Position numbers and translations under genes: made by a program. A stretch of 64,000 nucleotides of DNA from an uncultured Gammaproteobacteria bacterium (GTDB lineage Bacteria > Patescibacteriota > Microgenomatia > CAYXHB01 > CAZYTL01): NCBI GenBank assembly GCA_964650355.1, contig CAZYTL010000002.1:109465-173464 (forward strand). Direction: 5' to 3'. Position 1 is the stretch's first letter. Each line of letters begins with the position of its first letter. Under the pieces are notes generated by a model, which saw nothing but the letters and a program-made list of their open reading frames with translations, was not told the origin of the DNA and searched no databases. This document shows, in pieces, positions 29,322 through 38,194 of this stretch.

Positions 29322-31510
29322 TTAGGAAACATTCCCAAGGCTGATTTGGCCTGTTGATTATTAGGGTCTAATAATAAGACGTTTAAAAACTCTTGACGCG
29401 CGAATTCGCTTTCACCCATTTGTAAATAAATACCGGCTAGTTGCAAGCGGGCTGGCACGCTGTGAGGATTGCCTGTGACAGCGCCCCAGGTGAGCAAGTG
29501 GGCCAGATCCAGACGGTTATTGGAGGCTTGTTGATTGGCTCCATCGAGCAAAGCCTGGGTGTCGGGAATGACGGCTCCGGGTTTAAACCGAATGTCAGGA
29601 TTGGAAAATTCTATGTCTTTCCGAATGGCGTCTACGTTTTCTAGTCCAGGCATTTGGTAAAACAGATTTGAGGCCAGGTTAAGTTCCTGACGAGCAAAAT
29701 CGCGATAACCGGCTTTGACATAAATAACGCTGTTAAACACCTGCTGTCTGGCAGCATTGGCTTTCATCCACACCTGCATCTGGCTGATGGTAGGCGGGTT
29801 AACTGCTAACAATTGTTGGCCTAAGGTTTGGTCTACCCGCGAGAGTTGATCAGGCATGGTTTTAACCAGTCGGCCATAATTGCCATGAGGCACGTAAAAC
29901 AAAAATCCGTTATTAATCCCCAATAAATCATAATAAGTACTGGTCAGGTCCACCACGTAAACTGGGCGCTGATCTATGTTCCAGGTGAGATAATCATAAA
30001 TCAAATAGGGATTGGCTGGATAGGCAAACTTGTGCAGATCTGGTTTTTGATCCAGTTTGTCTTTAACTAAGGGGTAAGCCGTGGGCAGGATAATGACATC
30101 CGGTCGGGTTCTCAGGATGGTTTGCTGGTATAACAAAGCAAAACAGGTGGTGTCGGAAAAACAAGCCAGTAGGCTGTTGGGTTCGACTTGGTTTAATATT
30201 TGGCCATAAAAGTCAGTAGTGATGGCAGCGGTTTGATAATTGATTTGGGAATTGACGGTTTTGATTCGCCAGGCCACGACTGCTAATAAGAGCAAAATTA
30301 AAATCGGGCCCGAGGTTTTCTGTTTGTTGGCCAGCACAGCCAAACCCCGCATTAAACGATGGGCCACCAGTAATAAACCCGGAGCCAAAAGCAAAGGCAG
30401 CCACATAAAGCCCAATAAGTATTGCCGGCTGTTATTGGCTTGCTGCCCGATATGCTGAGGCCAGCCCATCATGCCTACCAAGGCAACTCCTGTGCTTAAA
30501 TAGCCGATCAGGATGAGGACAAACAGTTTTTTATGATGGGCATAGACAGTCAGTAAACCAACCACGACAACTAAGACTACCAGCCAGCCAAAGTATTGGG
30601 TGATTAAGTGAAAGTAAGGAGGCAAGGCGGCCTGTAATTTGGCCCAGTTTAATTGAGCAAAGTAAGCATGGGTTTGTTCTCCGGTTTCCACCAAAGTGCC
30701 GGAAAATTCCTGACGGAAGATCATCCTCATTAAGCCGTTGACGCCGGGATCTATGTGCCAGGAAACCGGCGCTCCCCGGGAGGCAAACCACCAGAGGAGC
30801 AAAAAGGGGACCAAAAATCCGACCAGACCTGTAAACATCATTCTGATCAGGACATGAATGTTGAGTTGTTGTTTGTTCCAGAGCATGAGCAACAAGACCG
30901 CGGGCAGCATGAGCACCACGGTTTGGTGGTGAGATAAAGCCAGACCAAAGAGAAAGGAGAGCCGGATCCACCATTTAGCAGTGATGATTTCTGGCTGGAG
31001 TAAACCTAGAACCAGCAGGTAGATGATGACGGACACGAACAGGTTGTTCAAAGCAAAGACTTCGGTAATGGTGCTGTATTGCCAAAACAAGAAGGAGGCT
31101 CCTAAAAAGCTGGTACTGACAAAGGCGATTAGCAATTTTCCTCCGGGTGTGGACCAAAAAGATTTTTTAACCACTTTCCTGGTCCAGTAATCAACAATTT
31201 GCCAACAGGTGGCAAAAACAAAAGCCAGACTCAGGCTACCCAAAAAGGCGCTGAGTAAATGGCCTTTAGTGGCCACTGACAGTCCCAGAGGCAAGTGAGT
31301 AAACAAGAAAAGTAATAAAATGTACAAGGGATATCCTGGAGGGTGGGCTACTCCTAAGTGATAACCAACGGTTAGTAATTCGTCTGAATCAGCAAACCCG
31401 ATGTTGGTGGCGGGTAGGGTTCTGAGGTAGAAAAACAAGTAGAAGATGGCTACTGCGATCATGCCGTAGGCCAAAGGAGACTCAAATATCCGACTAGACC
31501 GGCCTTTCAT
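29318..31510 (-). CDS. DUF2723/TMEM260-like GT-C membrane protein with C-terminal TPR (paralog 5 of 5)
   Basis: FADSDELLTVGYHLGVAHPPGYPLY; LACFSDTTCFALLYQQ; stop overlaps next gene start by 4 nt (ATGA). Confidence 0.6.
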   Translation of the reverse strand: MKGRSSRIFESPLAYGMIAVAIFYLFFYLRTLPATNIGFADSDELLTVGYHLGVAHPPGYPLYILLLFLFTHLPLGLSVATKGHLLSAFLGSLSLAFVFATCWQIVDYWTRKVVKKSFWSTPGGKLLIAFVSTSFLGASFLFWQYSTITEVFALNNLFVSVIIYLLVLGLLQPEIITAKWWIRLSFLFGLALSHHQTVVLMLPAVLLLMLWNKQQLNIHVLIRMMFTGLVGFLVPFLLLWWFASRGAPVSWHIDPGVNGLMRMIFRQEFSGTLVETGEQTHAYFAQLNWAKLQAALPPYFHLITQYFGWLVVLVVVVGLLTVYAHHKKLFVLILIGYLSTGVALVGMMGWPQHIGQQANNSRQYLLGFMWLPLLLAPGLLLVAHRLMRGLAVLANKQKTSGPILILLLLAVVAWRIKTVNSQINYQTAAITTDFYGQILNQVEPNSLLACFSDTTCFALLYQQTILRTRPDVIILPTAYPLVKDKLDQKPDLHKFAYPANPYLIYDYLTWNIDQRPVYVVDLTSTYYDLLGINNGFLFYVPHGNYGRLVKTMPDQLSRVDQTLGQQLLAVNPPTISQMQVWMKANAARQQVFNSVIYVKAGYRDFARQELNLASNLFYQMPGLENVDAIRKDIEFSNPDIRFKPGAVIPDTQALLDGANQQASNNRLDLAHLLTWGAVTGNPHSVPARLQLAGIYLQMGESEFARQEFLNVLLLDPNNQQAKSALGMFPK

Positions 31511-31615
31511 TACTTTTCAGTATATACCAATTATTGAAATTCAGGAATAATCAACCTTAATGTAGCATCAGTGTCACTGGAAGTTAGACATGGTGGCTTA
31601 GGTTATAATTAATTT

Positions 31616-32164
31616 ATGAATGGCGACTACAAAGTACTTAAGGAGGAAGTTACTACTTCCCCGAATAATCATAAATACAAACTGGTGGATGCGGTCATTC
31701 GTACACCTGCGGGTAAGGAAGTAGATTGGGAGTATATTAAGGCCCGAGATGGGGTAACGATTGTGGCGATTAACAGTAAAAATCAGATTTTTGTAGTTCG
31801 TCAATGGCGCCCGGCGAGAAAAGATTATGTTTGGGAGCTGCCCGCAGGAGGGATCGAAATAGAACACCCGACCTTAGAGCGGGTTTTTCAAAATGCCAAC
31901 CGAGAGCTTCAGGAAGAAATAAGCTTTAAGGCTAACAAAATAGAATTGTTGTCATCTTTCTCCCCTGCCATTCATATGGCCTGCACTTATTATGTGGTGC
32001 TAGCCAGAGACTTAGAGGCAAGTCCCCTGCCCAATGGGGCAGATGAGAAAATAGAAACCAAAGCGATGCCTTTTGATGAAGCGTTTGATCTGTTAGTCAA
32101 TCGAGAATTGCCTTCGGCTTCAACATTGGTAGGGATGATATTGGCGAAGCAACGCCTTGGGTGA
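31616..32164 (+). CDS. Nudix hydrolase (ADP-ribose pyrophosphatase-like)
   Basis: Nudix box AGGIEIEHPTLERVFQNANRELQEEISF (GX5EX7REUXEEXGU). Confidence 0.65.
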   Translation: MNGDYKVLKEEVTTSPNNHKYKLVDAVIRTPAGKEVDWEYIKARDGVTIVAINSKNQIFVVRQWRPARKDYVWELPAGGIEIEHPTLERVFQNANRELQEEISFKANKIELLSSFSPAIHMACTYYVVLARDLEASPLPNGADEKIETKAMPFDEAFDLLVNRELPSASTLVGMILAKQRLG

Positions 32165-32385
32165 ATTACAGCAGGAGTTTCTAGTGGAGGTGAATTGACG
32201 GGAGGGTTAAATTTCTCTTATGATGAAAAGGTAATGATTTTTTGATGAATGGTGATGTGTGAAAGTCCACCTAATCTTCCTTCAAGCCTTAGTAGGGGCG
32301 GCGTGAAGAGCGATTATGGCGGACCTCATACTATTTAATAGTTTAATCGCAAGTATAAAAAGGAATTCGGAAGGGAGGTGAGAGC

Positions 32386-32925
32386 ATGGCAAAGAAAAAT
32401 CAAGGCATGAATCATGTGCATGTAGGGATGTTGGTCTTAGTCGGGGTGCTGTTGGGAGTATTTCTCACCTTAGGAGCCGCGAGCTGGGGAGAATCACAAA
32501 CCTTGCGAGCCAAGTCCGGCTTTGACGAGTTTGGCTACAACTATAATGCAAAACTCTTTAATGGTCCGGCAGACGGAGTAGACAGAAATTTGGATGACAA
32601 GGTGTGGGGAGACCCTGTTTATGCCAAAGACCATTTGACCATGAAGTGGTCGCCGGCATGGAATGACGCCCGATTCGGGCAAGAAGCCTGGAATTGTGAT
32701 GCCTGGACAGACAATCACTGGAACGGAAAAGTTCCTGGGGGCAGTGGTGAAATCTGGCATTATAAGATTGTGTGGGTGGGCCCGGAGTTACAGCAAAGTT
32801 CTTGTTGGCGAGCAGGCGGTTATCCGATCTGGGGGCAATTCGAAGTAATTTTCTCCCAAGGGACAGTGGCTAACCAGCATTTCTGGGAAACTCATGCTTA
32901 TCCGGCTGGATACGGTGGATTCTAA
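32386..32925 (+). CDS. secreted Trp-rich hypothetical protein
   Basis: N-terminal signal/TM (VHVGMLVLVGVLLGVFLTLGAA); strong SD GGGAGGTGA upstream; no family recognised. Confidence 0.35.
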   Translation: MAKKNQGMNHVHVGMLVLVGVLLGVFLTLGAASWGESQTLRAKSGFDEFGYNYNAKLFNGPADGVDRNLDDKVWGDPVYAKDHLTMKWSPAWNDARFGQEAWNCDAWTDNHWNGKVPGGSGEIWHYKIVWVGPELQQSSCWRAGGYPIWGQFEVIFSQGTVANQHFWETHAYPAGYGGF

Positions 32926-32986
32926 AATGAGAGTTTAGTTGAAAGTTGGATTAATAAAGGCCAAAGAAGCCAGAGGAGGGTTTGTA

Positions 32987-34024
32987 TTAGAAGCGGGGAG
33001 AAAGACCTTGTCGCTCGCGAGCTTGGTTGATACTGTCTTCGGCCATTTGGTTGGCAAAAATGTAAGGAAGCATACCCAGTGCCTCTGCTTGAGTGAGAAC
33101 GTAACGTGTAGTATCCTTTATTCCTTTAACTCTAACTAGTAACTTGTCATGATTTTTTTCGGCTACACTCATTAATCCACCGGCGTTGGCTATGTAATCA
33201 GGAGCGTAGAGTATACCACGGTTTGCTAATCTCTCGCCGTCAGCTGGTTTTGCCAATTGATTGTTGGCTGAGCCAATAACCATAAGACAGTCTAGCTCTG
33301 GAATAGTCTCTTCATTCAAGTCAGCACCTAGGGCACAAGGAGCATAAATATCACAGGGAAGACGATGAATTACTTGGTGGGAAGCCACTTTAACTTGAGG
33401 ATACTGGCTAGTAACTCTTTCAATTGCCTGCTGATTGATATCGGCAACAGTGACTCGAGCTCCTGCTCCGACCAGATGTCCAACCAAGGAAAAACCCACC
33501 TTACCTACTCCTTTGACATTGACTCTGCGTCCGTTTAAATCATCATCTCCTTCCCGGTATTCAAGGCCTCCCAACATAGCAGCTAGGACTCCTAAGGCAG
33601 TATAGGGGGAAGGATCTTCAAAACCTCTCACGTGATTAGTATATTTGTGAATTTCTTCCATATCTCTCACGTCAGTGTTTACATCTTCCGCAGTAATATA
33701 TCTTCCATTAAGGGATTCCAAAAGCTGGCCGAAGGTTCTGTAAAATTCAGGTGACTTATCTTTTCTAGGATCGCCGATAATGACTGCTTTGCCGCCCCCT
33801 AAGTCAAGGCCGGCAGCGGCTGCTTTATATGTCATGCCACGAGAAAGGCGCAAAGCGTCTATAAGGGCTTCTCGTTCTTCACCGTATGGCAACATGCGGG
33901 CCCCACCTAAAGAAGGACCAAGGTCTGTGGAGTGAATTGCAATAATAATTCTAGGATGACTTTCATGGTAAACTACCTGTTCGTGATCTGCTCCGTATCG
34001 TGCTAGTTCTTTCCCAAGGTCCAT
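32987..34024 (-). CDS. Glu/Leu/Phe/Val dehydrogenase family protein (leucine/phenylalanine dehydrogenase-like)
   Basis: GGGKAVIIGDPRKD substrate-binding motif and NAD-binding GVGKVGFSLVGHLVGAGARVTVADIN; ~345 aa. Confidence 0.75.
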   Translation of the reverse strand: MDLGKELARYGADHEQVVYHESHPRIIIAIHSTDLGPSLGGARMLPYGEEREALIDALRLSRGMTYKAAAAGLDLGGGKAVIIGDPRKDKSPEFYRTFGQLLESLNGRYITAEDVNTDVRDMEEIHKYTNHVRGFEDPSPYTALGVLAAMLGGLEYREGDDDLNGRRVNVKGVGKVGFSLVGHLVGAGARVTVADINQQAIERVTSQYPQVKVASHQVIHRLPCDIYAPCALGADLNEETIPELDCLMVIGSANNQLAKPADGERLANRGILYAPDYIANAGGLMSVAEKNHDKLLVRVKGIKDTTRYVLTQAEALGMLPYIFANQMAEDSINQARERQGLSPRF

Positions 34025-34342
34025 TGAAGGATGTTAAAAAGCTTATAATGTCTGACAAGGAATAAAAGACAACTATAATATAGCACTGATAATCTTGAGT
34101 TACAAGACCATATTTAGGGATAATCGCAAATGTTTCAAGAACAATTGATTATGTTGAGGGTTAGTTTTGTTAACTAAACTGAGGCGTCTGGAAAGCTAAG
34201 AAGCGAAACTTCAGAATGTTCGTGTAGGCGTCTTTAGAGGATTAAATTGATCTTTGTCTAAACTGTTTTGGAGTTTAAAAGGAGAGGAAATCAGTGGAGA
34301 CCGTTAAATAGTTTTTTATGAAAAGTAGATCTTTTATAAGCA

Positions 34343-34597
34343 CTAGTGGTTATTTTTTGACTTGTGCCATTTTTTTCTGTTAACCCAGCCGGCAAGGAGA
34401 AAAACTAAACCCAGAGGTAAAAGTCCCCACTCGTGATAGCGCAGTTGTTCAAACAGGCCAATTGCGGTAAATGCCACGCCTAAATAGAAGATGCTCTTGT
34501 AAGGCGATTCTTTTAGTTTGCCTTTTTTCCAGACAGCAACAATTAAGAACACCCCAAGAAGGGCAATTACTAACCATAACATGGCCGCTTTATTCAT
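34343..34597 (-). CDS. small two-TM membrane protein
   Basis: 84 aa, two hydrophobic helices. Confidence 0.4.
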   Translation of the reverse strand: MNKAAMLWLVIALLGVFLIVAVWKKGKLKESPYKSIFYLGVAFTAIGLFEQLRYHEWGLLPLGLVFLLAGWVNRKKWHKSKNNH

Positions 34598-34720
34598 AAA
34601 TGTTTCTAAGATATATCCTCCTGGCTGTGTCTATTATAGAGTATCTTGATTTAGGTGTATTGAACTATTAATGAATGATAAATTTGGGGTTAGTTTCTGA
34701 TCTCAAAAAAGATTGTTACA

Positions 34721-35440
34721 CTAGCCCTGATAATTAGGCTTAGAGAAGACTCCTTCGAAGGTGTTAATGACAAATCCTGATGGTGAAGTGACTGGGATGG
34801 TCCGATGATCAGTCAAGGCTAGCTGCCTAAAAACCCGCTTTAATTCGTTTATGGTGTAATGTTTAGCCACTCTGCTTACTAGATTTTCCTGAATGGCTTT
34901 TTGAAGATCTTTTTTAGTGGTGACTTTTTCTGCCAAGTGGGGGTCAAAAAATACGTAGACGCAATGTTGGTCTTTAACAAAGTGGGAGGCTAATCGGTAT
35001 CTTTGGCGATAGGAGGGTGACACCAAAGGCTCCAGTACCCAGACTTTGCCGCCCGGTTTTAAGATTCTAAAGACTTCATCGCCCAATTTTTTCCACTTTG
35101 TCTTGTGAATGTTAGTGAGGATAAATCTGAAGATCAGGAGATCAAAATAGTCGTCTGCAAAGCTGGTGGCGGCGGTGATGTCCTGGACAGAATAAGTGAC
35201 CCGGGATGATCTTATCTGATTGGCGTTGATGATATTGGTGGCGATGTCGATGCCGTAAACCTGAAAACCCTTGCGTGCTAAATCTTCCGCCAATACCCCA
35301 TCACCTGTACCTACGTCTAGAATGGGGTCGTTAATTTGATCAAGTAAATCACGAGGCGGTTTTTGGGGGACGGAAGGAATTTTTCCAGGTTGATATCGCT
35401 GCCAATAGGTTCTGTTTTGCTGATTCAGGTCCCTATTCAT
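34721..35440 (-). CDS. class I SAM-dependent methyltransferase
   Basis: Motif I VLDVGTGDGVLAEDLARKGFQVYGIDI. Confidence 0.65.
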   Translation of the reverse strand: MNRDLNQQNRTYWQRYQPGKIPSVPQKPPRDLLDQINDPILDVGTGDGVLAEDLARKGFQVYGIDIATNIINANQIRSSRVTYSVQDITAATSFADDYFDLLIFRFILTNIHKTKWKKLGDEVFRILKPGGKVWVLEPLVSPSYRQRYRLASHFVKDQHCVYVFFDPHLAEKVTTKKDLQKAIQENLVSRVAKHYTINELKRVFRQLALTDHRTIPVTSPSGFVINTFEGVFSKPNYQG

Positions 35441-35513
35441 AAGAGGATTTTAACACCGCCCCTTTAAAAATTAAGTATTCGAAGTCGAAAACGAGATTAA
35501 TATCCTTTACTTA

Positions 35514-36020
35514 CTAGGACCGTTTGCTAAATAGTTCATCCCAATTGATACTCTCCACCCAAAGCCTGGCGGGATCTGAGTAGTGCTGTTTATTATCTAC
35601 TAGTGTTTTAGTATCCAGCCATTCAGTTTTGATTACTTCATTTTCATCATATTTGATTTCTTCTCCATTCCATGCCACCACAAAAAACCTAACGAATTCG
35701 GTTTGGTGAGGAAATCGAAAAATATGATAAGATAATTCTTTGTAATTTTGAGGAGTGAACCCTAATTCTTCTCTCGCCCCTCTGAAAACCGCGTCTCTGT
35801 AGCTCTCTTGGGTAAGCACGTGTTCCCCTAAAAAGCAGAGTTTCCCTGGATCGGTTGGCTTATGGAAGGATCTCTGGGTCAAAAAAATTTTCTTTGCCTG
35901 TCGGTCGATTAAGGTGAAGTGAACGGTTCTGTGGATCAGGTTTTTATTGGCATGACATTCGTCTCTGGTGGCCTGACCTACAACATGGTCGTTTTCGTCT
36001 ACTAGATCAAATATTTCCAT
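35514..36020 (-). CDS. Nudix-fold protein (isopentenyl-diphosphate isomerase-like)
   Basis: Collinear with IDI/Nudix pattern (LVDENDHVVG…HRTVHFTLID…LTQRSFHKPTDPGKLCFLGEHV…DAVFRGAREELGF). Confidence 0.45.
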   Translation of the reverse strand: MEIFDLVDENDHVVGQATRDECHANKNLIHRTVHFTLIDRQAKKIFLTQRSFHKPTDPGKLCFLGEHVLTQESYRDAVFRGAREELGFTPQNYKELSYHIFRFPHQTEFVRFFVVAWNGEEIKYDENEVIKTEWLDTKTLVDNKQHYSDPARLWVESINWDELFSKRS

Positions 36021-36027
36021 CTAACTA

Positions 36028-36486
36028 TTAATTTAATTCTTTAACCATAAAATGTTTCTTTTCTCCTGATATTTTTCCTTGAACCACTTCAGAGAAACCG
36101 TGTTTCTGGTAGTAAGTTACCGATGCCGGCACTGATGATACCCATAGTTCACTTACTCCCTTTTTCCTGACCACATCTTCAAGCTTTCGAATTAGCATTT
36201 GGCCGATATGCTGGCCTCGATATTCTTTTTCAACTGCGAAGAATCCCACCCAATATGCTTCTTCTCCCTGAAACTTATCGCCCATAGCTTTGTTAGCATA
36301 ATTGACGTTGTCTTGGTACCAGCCAATTACTCCAACAATTTTGTCACCATCCATAGCCACATAGTGAGCTTCGATTACCTTCAAATGGTGCTCTATCTCC
36401 TCACGAGTGTCTAATTCGGCTCTTAATACCAGTTCGACAGCTTCTTTAAATTGTGCTTGTGTAAGTGGCTTGATAATGATATTCAT
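36028..36486 (-). CDS. GNAT family N-acetyltransferase
   Basis: Acetyl-CoA binding motif RGQHIGQMLIRKLEDVVRKKG. Confidence 0.7.
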   Translation of the reverse strand: MNIIIKPLTQAQFKEAVELVLRAELDTREEIEHHLKVIEAHYVAMDGDKIVGVIGWYQDNVNYANKAMGDKFQGEEAYWVGFFAVEKEYRGQHIGQMLIRKLEDVVRKKGVSELWVSSVPASVTYYQKHGFSEVVQGKISGEKKHFMVKELN

Positions 36487-36594
36487 TTGAGACTATTTTA
36501 CCTGAGGAATATGCATCAATGAAGAATAAATTTGATCCAAAAGCTTTAATGCTGCCCCCGTAGAGTATGAAGGGCTTGTACATTTAGTTACTTA

Positions 36595-36903
36595 ATGATA
36601 GTGTTGGGAAAAGGAGGTGGGTATATGACCAGATTTTTGATTGAAGTTCCGCACGAAAGCAATAAAAGTGCCTGTGATCAGGCAGTAGAAGTGTTTAAGA
36701 ATACTGGATCACATTTTCTCATCAATGCAGATTGGGGATGCTTGGATGATGAACATAAGGCATGGATAGTGATCGAGATGGATAGTAAGGAAGACGCGCT
36801 GATGGTAGTTCCGCCGCAATTCAGACAGCAAGCCAAGGTGATCAGATTGGAAAAATTTGCTTTGGAAACAGTGGAAGAGTCTTTGAAACAACATCATGGT
36901 TAG
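36595..36903 (+). CDS. hypothetical protein
   Basis: 102-aa ORF with SD AAAAGGAGGTG upstream. Confidence 0.35.
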   Translation: MIVLGKGGGYMTRFLIEVPHESNKSACDQAVEVFKNTGSHFLINADWGCLDDEHKAWIVIEMDSKEDALMVVPPQFRQQAKVIRLEKFALETVEESLKQHHG

Positions 36904-37171
36904 TGGAGAACGAACGAATAAGGGATGGCACTGAGTTGAATGGTTCGGATTAGAAAATGTGGCTGAATATTGGGTTTATTAGCTGGACTTCAGTAAGCTG
37001 GGTTACTCAACATTGTTTGACGAATGTGCTAAAATTAGAACTCGATTTGACCCCCTGGTTTAACTTATTGAGTATATGGATACAAGTGGCTAAATATAGG
37101 GGTGATCTTTACGTTAGACGGCGAGCAAAATATCACTTAGTAATGCTGAAACAGCACCCCTCAAATTCACT

Positions 37172-38191
37172 ATGACTATTTCAGTGCTTATCCCCTGCTA
37201 TAACGAAGAGTTATCTATAGCCAAAAGTTTAGATAACTGGCTGGCTCAAACTCGGCCTTTAGACGAGATTCTGGTTGTGGATGATAAATCCACTGATAGA
37301 AGCGCTGAAATTATCAAATCCTACGGGAATAAAGTAAAACTTATCACCTTGGATAAGAATGCCGGAAACAAAAGCTTTGTCCAGCAGGCGGGGTTAAAAC
37401 ATATCAATACGGATATCTTTATAGCTACTGATGCTGACACCTTTCCGGATAGGAATTTTGTTTCCCGAGTGGAGTCGGCTTTTAATGACCCGCAGGTAAC
37501 TGCCTTTGCCGGACATGTAAAGAGTCTCAAAAAAAATTGGCTGACCGCTTGTAGGGAAATGGAATATAGTCTTGGCCAAGGTATTCACAAATCTGCTCAG
37601 AGCCAACTGGGATTTATTTATGTGATTCCTGGATGTGCCAGCGCCTTCCGCACCGACTATTTCAAAAAATATATTCACTTTGACCACGATACGGTCACTG
37701 AAGATCTGGATTTTACCTACAAGTTAAATTACAGCCATAAAAAGGTGGTCTATGATTCTCAAGCGATCGTCTATACTCAAGATCCGGCTACCATCAAAGT
37801 CTACGTCAACCAAATGCGTCGCTGGTATGGCGGAGGGTGGCAAAATCTAGTCAAACATATTAGGGTCCTCAAACATCCAATCGCTACCATTGAAATTTCT
37901 CTCATGTTCTTTGATGCCCCATTTTATTTCTTTTTCCTGTATATTCTCCCCTTTATCAATTTGCATATTTTTTCCCAATTTATTGGTCTGTATCTGATAT
38001 CAATTACTTTAATGGGTCTGATTAGCAGTCTGATAAGTCACCGGCTGGATTTACTGCTCTACTCGCCTACTTATTTACTGGTTTCCTATATCAATAGTTA
38101 TATATTTATCGAACAATTTGTAAAAGAGATAGTGATCCGGAAAAAGCAACTCACTTGGTATCACCCCGAGCGTTGGCAAATCTCAAAATAA
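37172..38191 (+). CDS. family 2 glycosyltransferase, processive beta-glycan synthase type (NodC/chitin-/cellulose-synthase-like)
   Basis: ISVLIPCYNEE…VVDDKSTD; DAD; TED; QMRRW (QxxRW) motif; C-terminal TM helices. Confidence 0.75.
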   Translation: MTISVLIPCYNEELSIAKSLDNWLAQTRPLDEILVVDDKSTDRSAEIIKSYGNKVKLITLDKNAGNKSFVQQAGLKHINTDIFIATDADTFPDRNFVSRVESAFNDPQVTAFAGHVKSLKKNWLTACREMEYSLGQGIHKSAQSQLGFIYVIPGCASAFRTDYFKKYIHFDHDTVTEDLDFTYKLNYSHKKVVYDSQAIVYTQDPATIKVYVNQMRRWYGGGWQNLVKHIRVLKHPIATIEISLMFFDAPFYFFFLYILPFINLHIFSQFIGLYLISITLMGLISSLISHRLDLLLYSPTYLLVSYINSYIFIEQFVKEIVIRKKQLTWYHPERWQISK

Positions 38192-38194
38192 CCT

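Noticed and set aside
37020-37160. Possible structured leader or riboswitch (stem aggggtg…cacccct) upstream of the GT2 synthase gene, which I considered as a c-di-GMP riboswitch
   Set aside because: It does not match the GEMM-I/II consensus elements I can recall, and there is only a single 7-bp long-range stem. Insufficient evidence.
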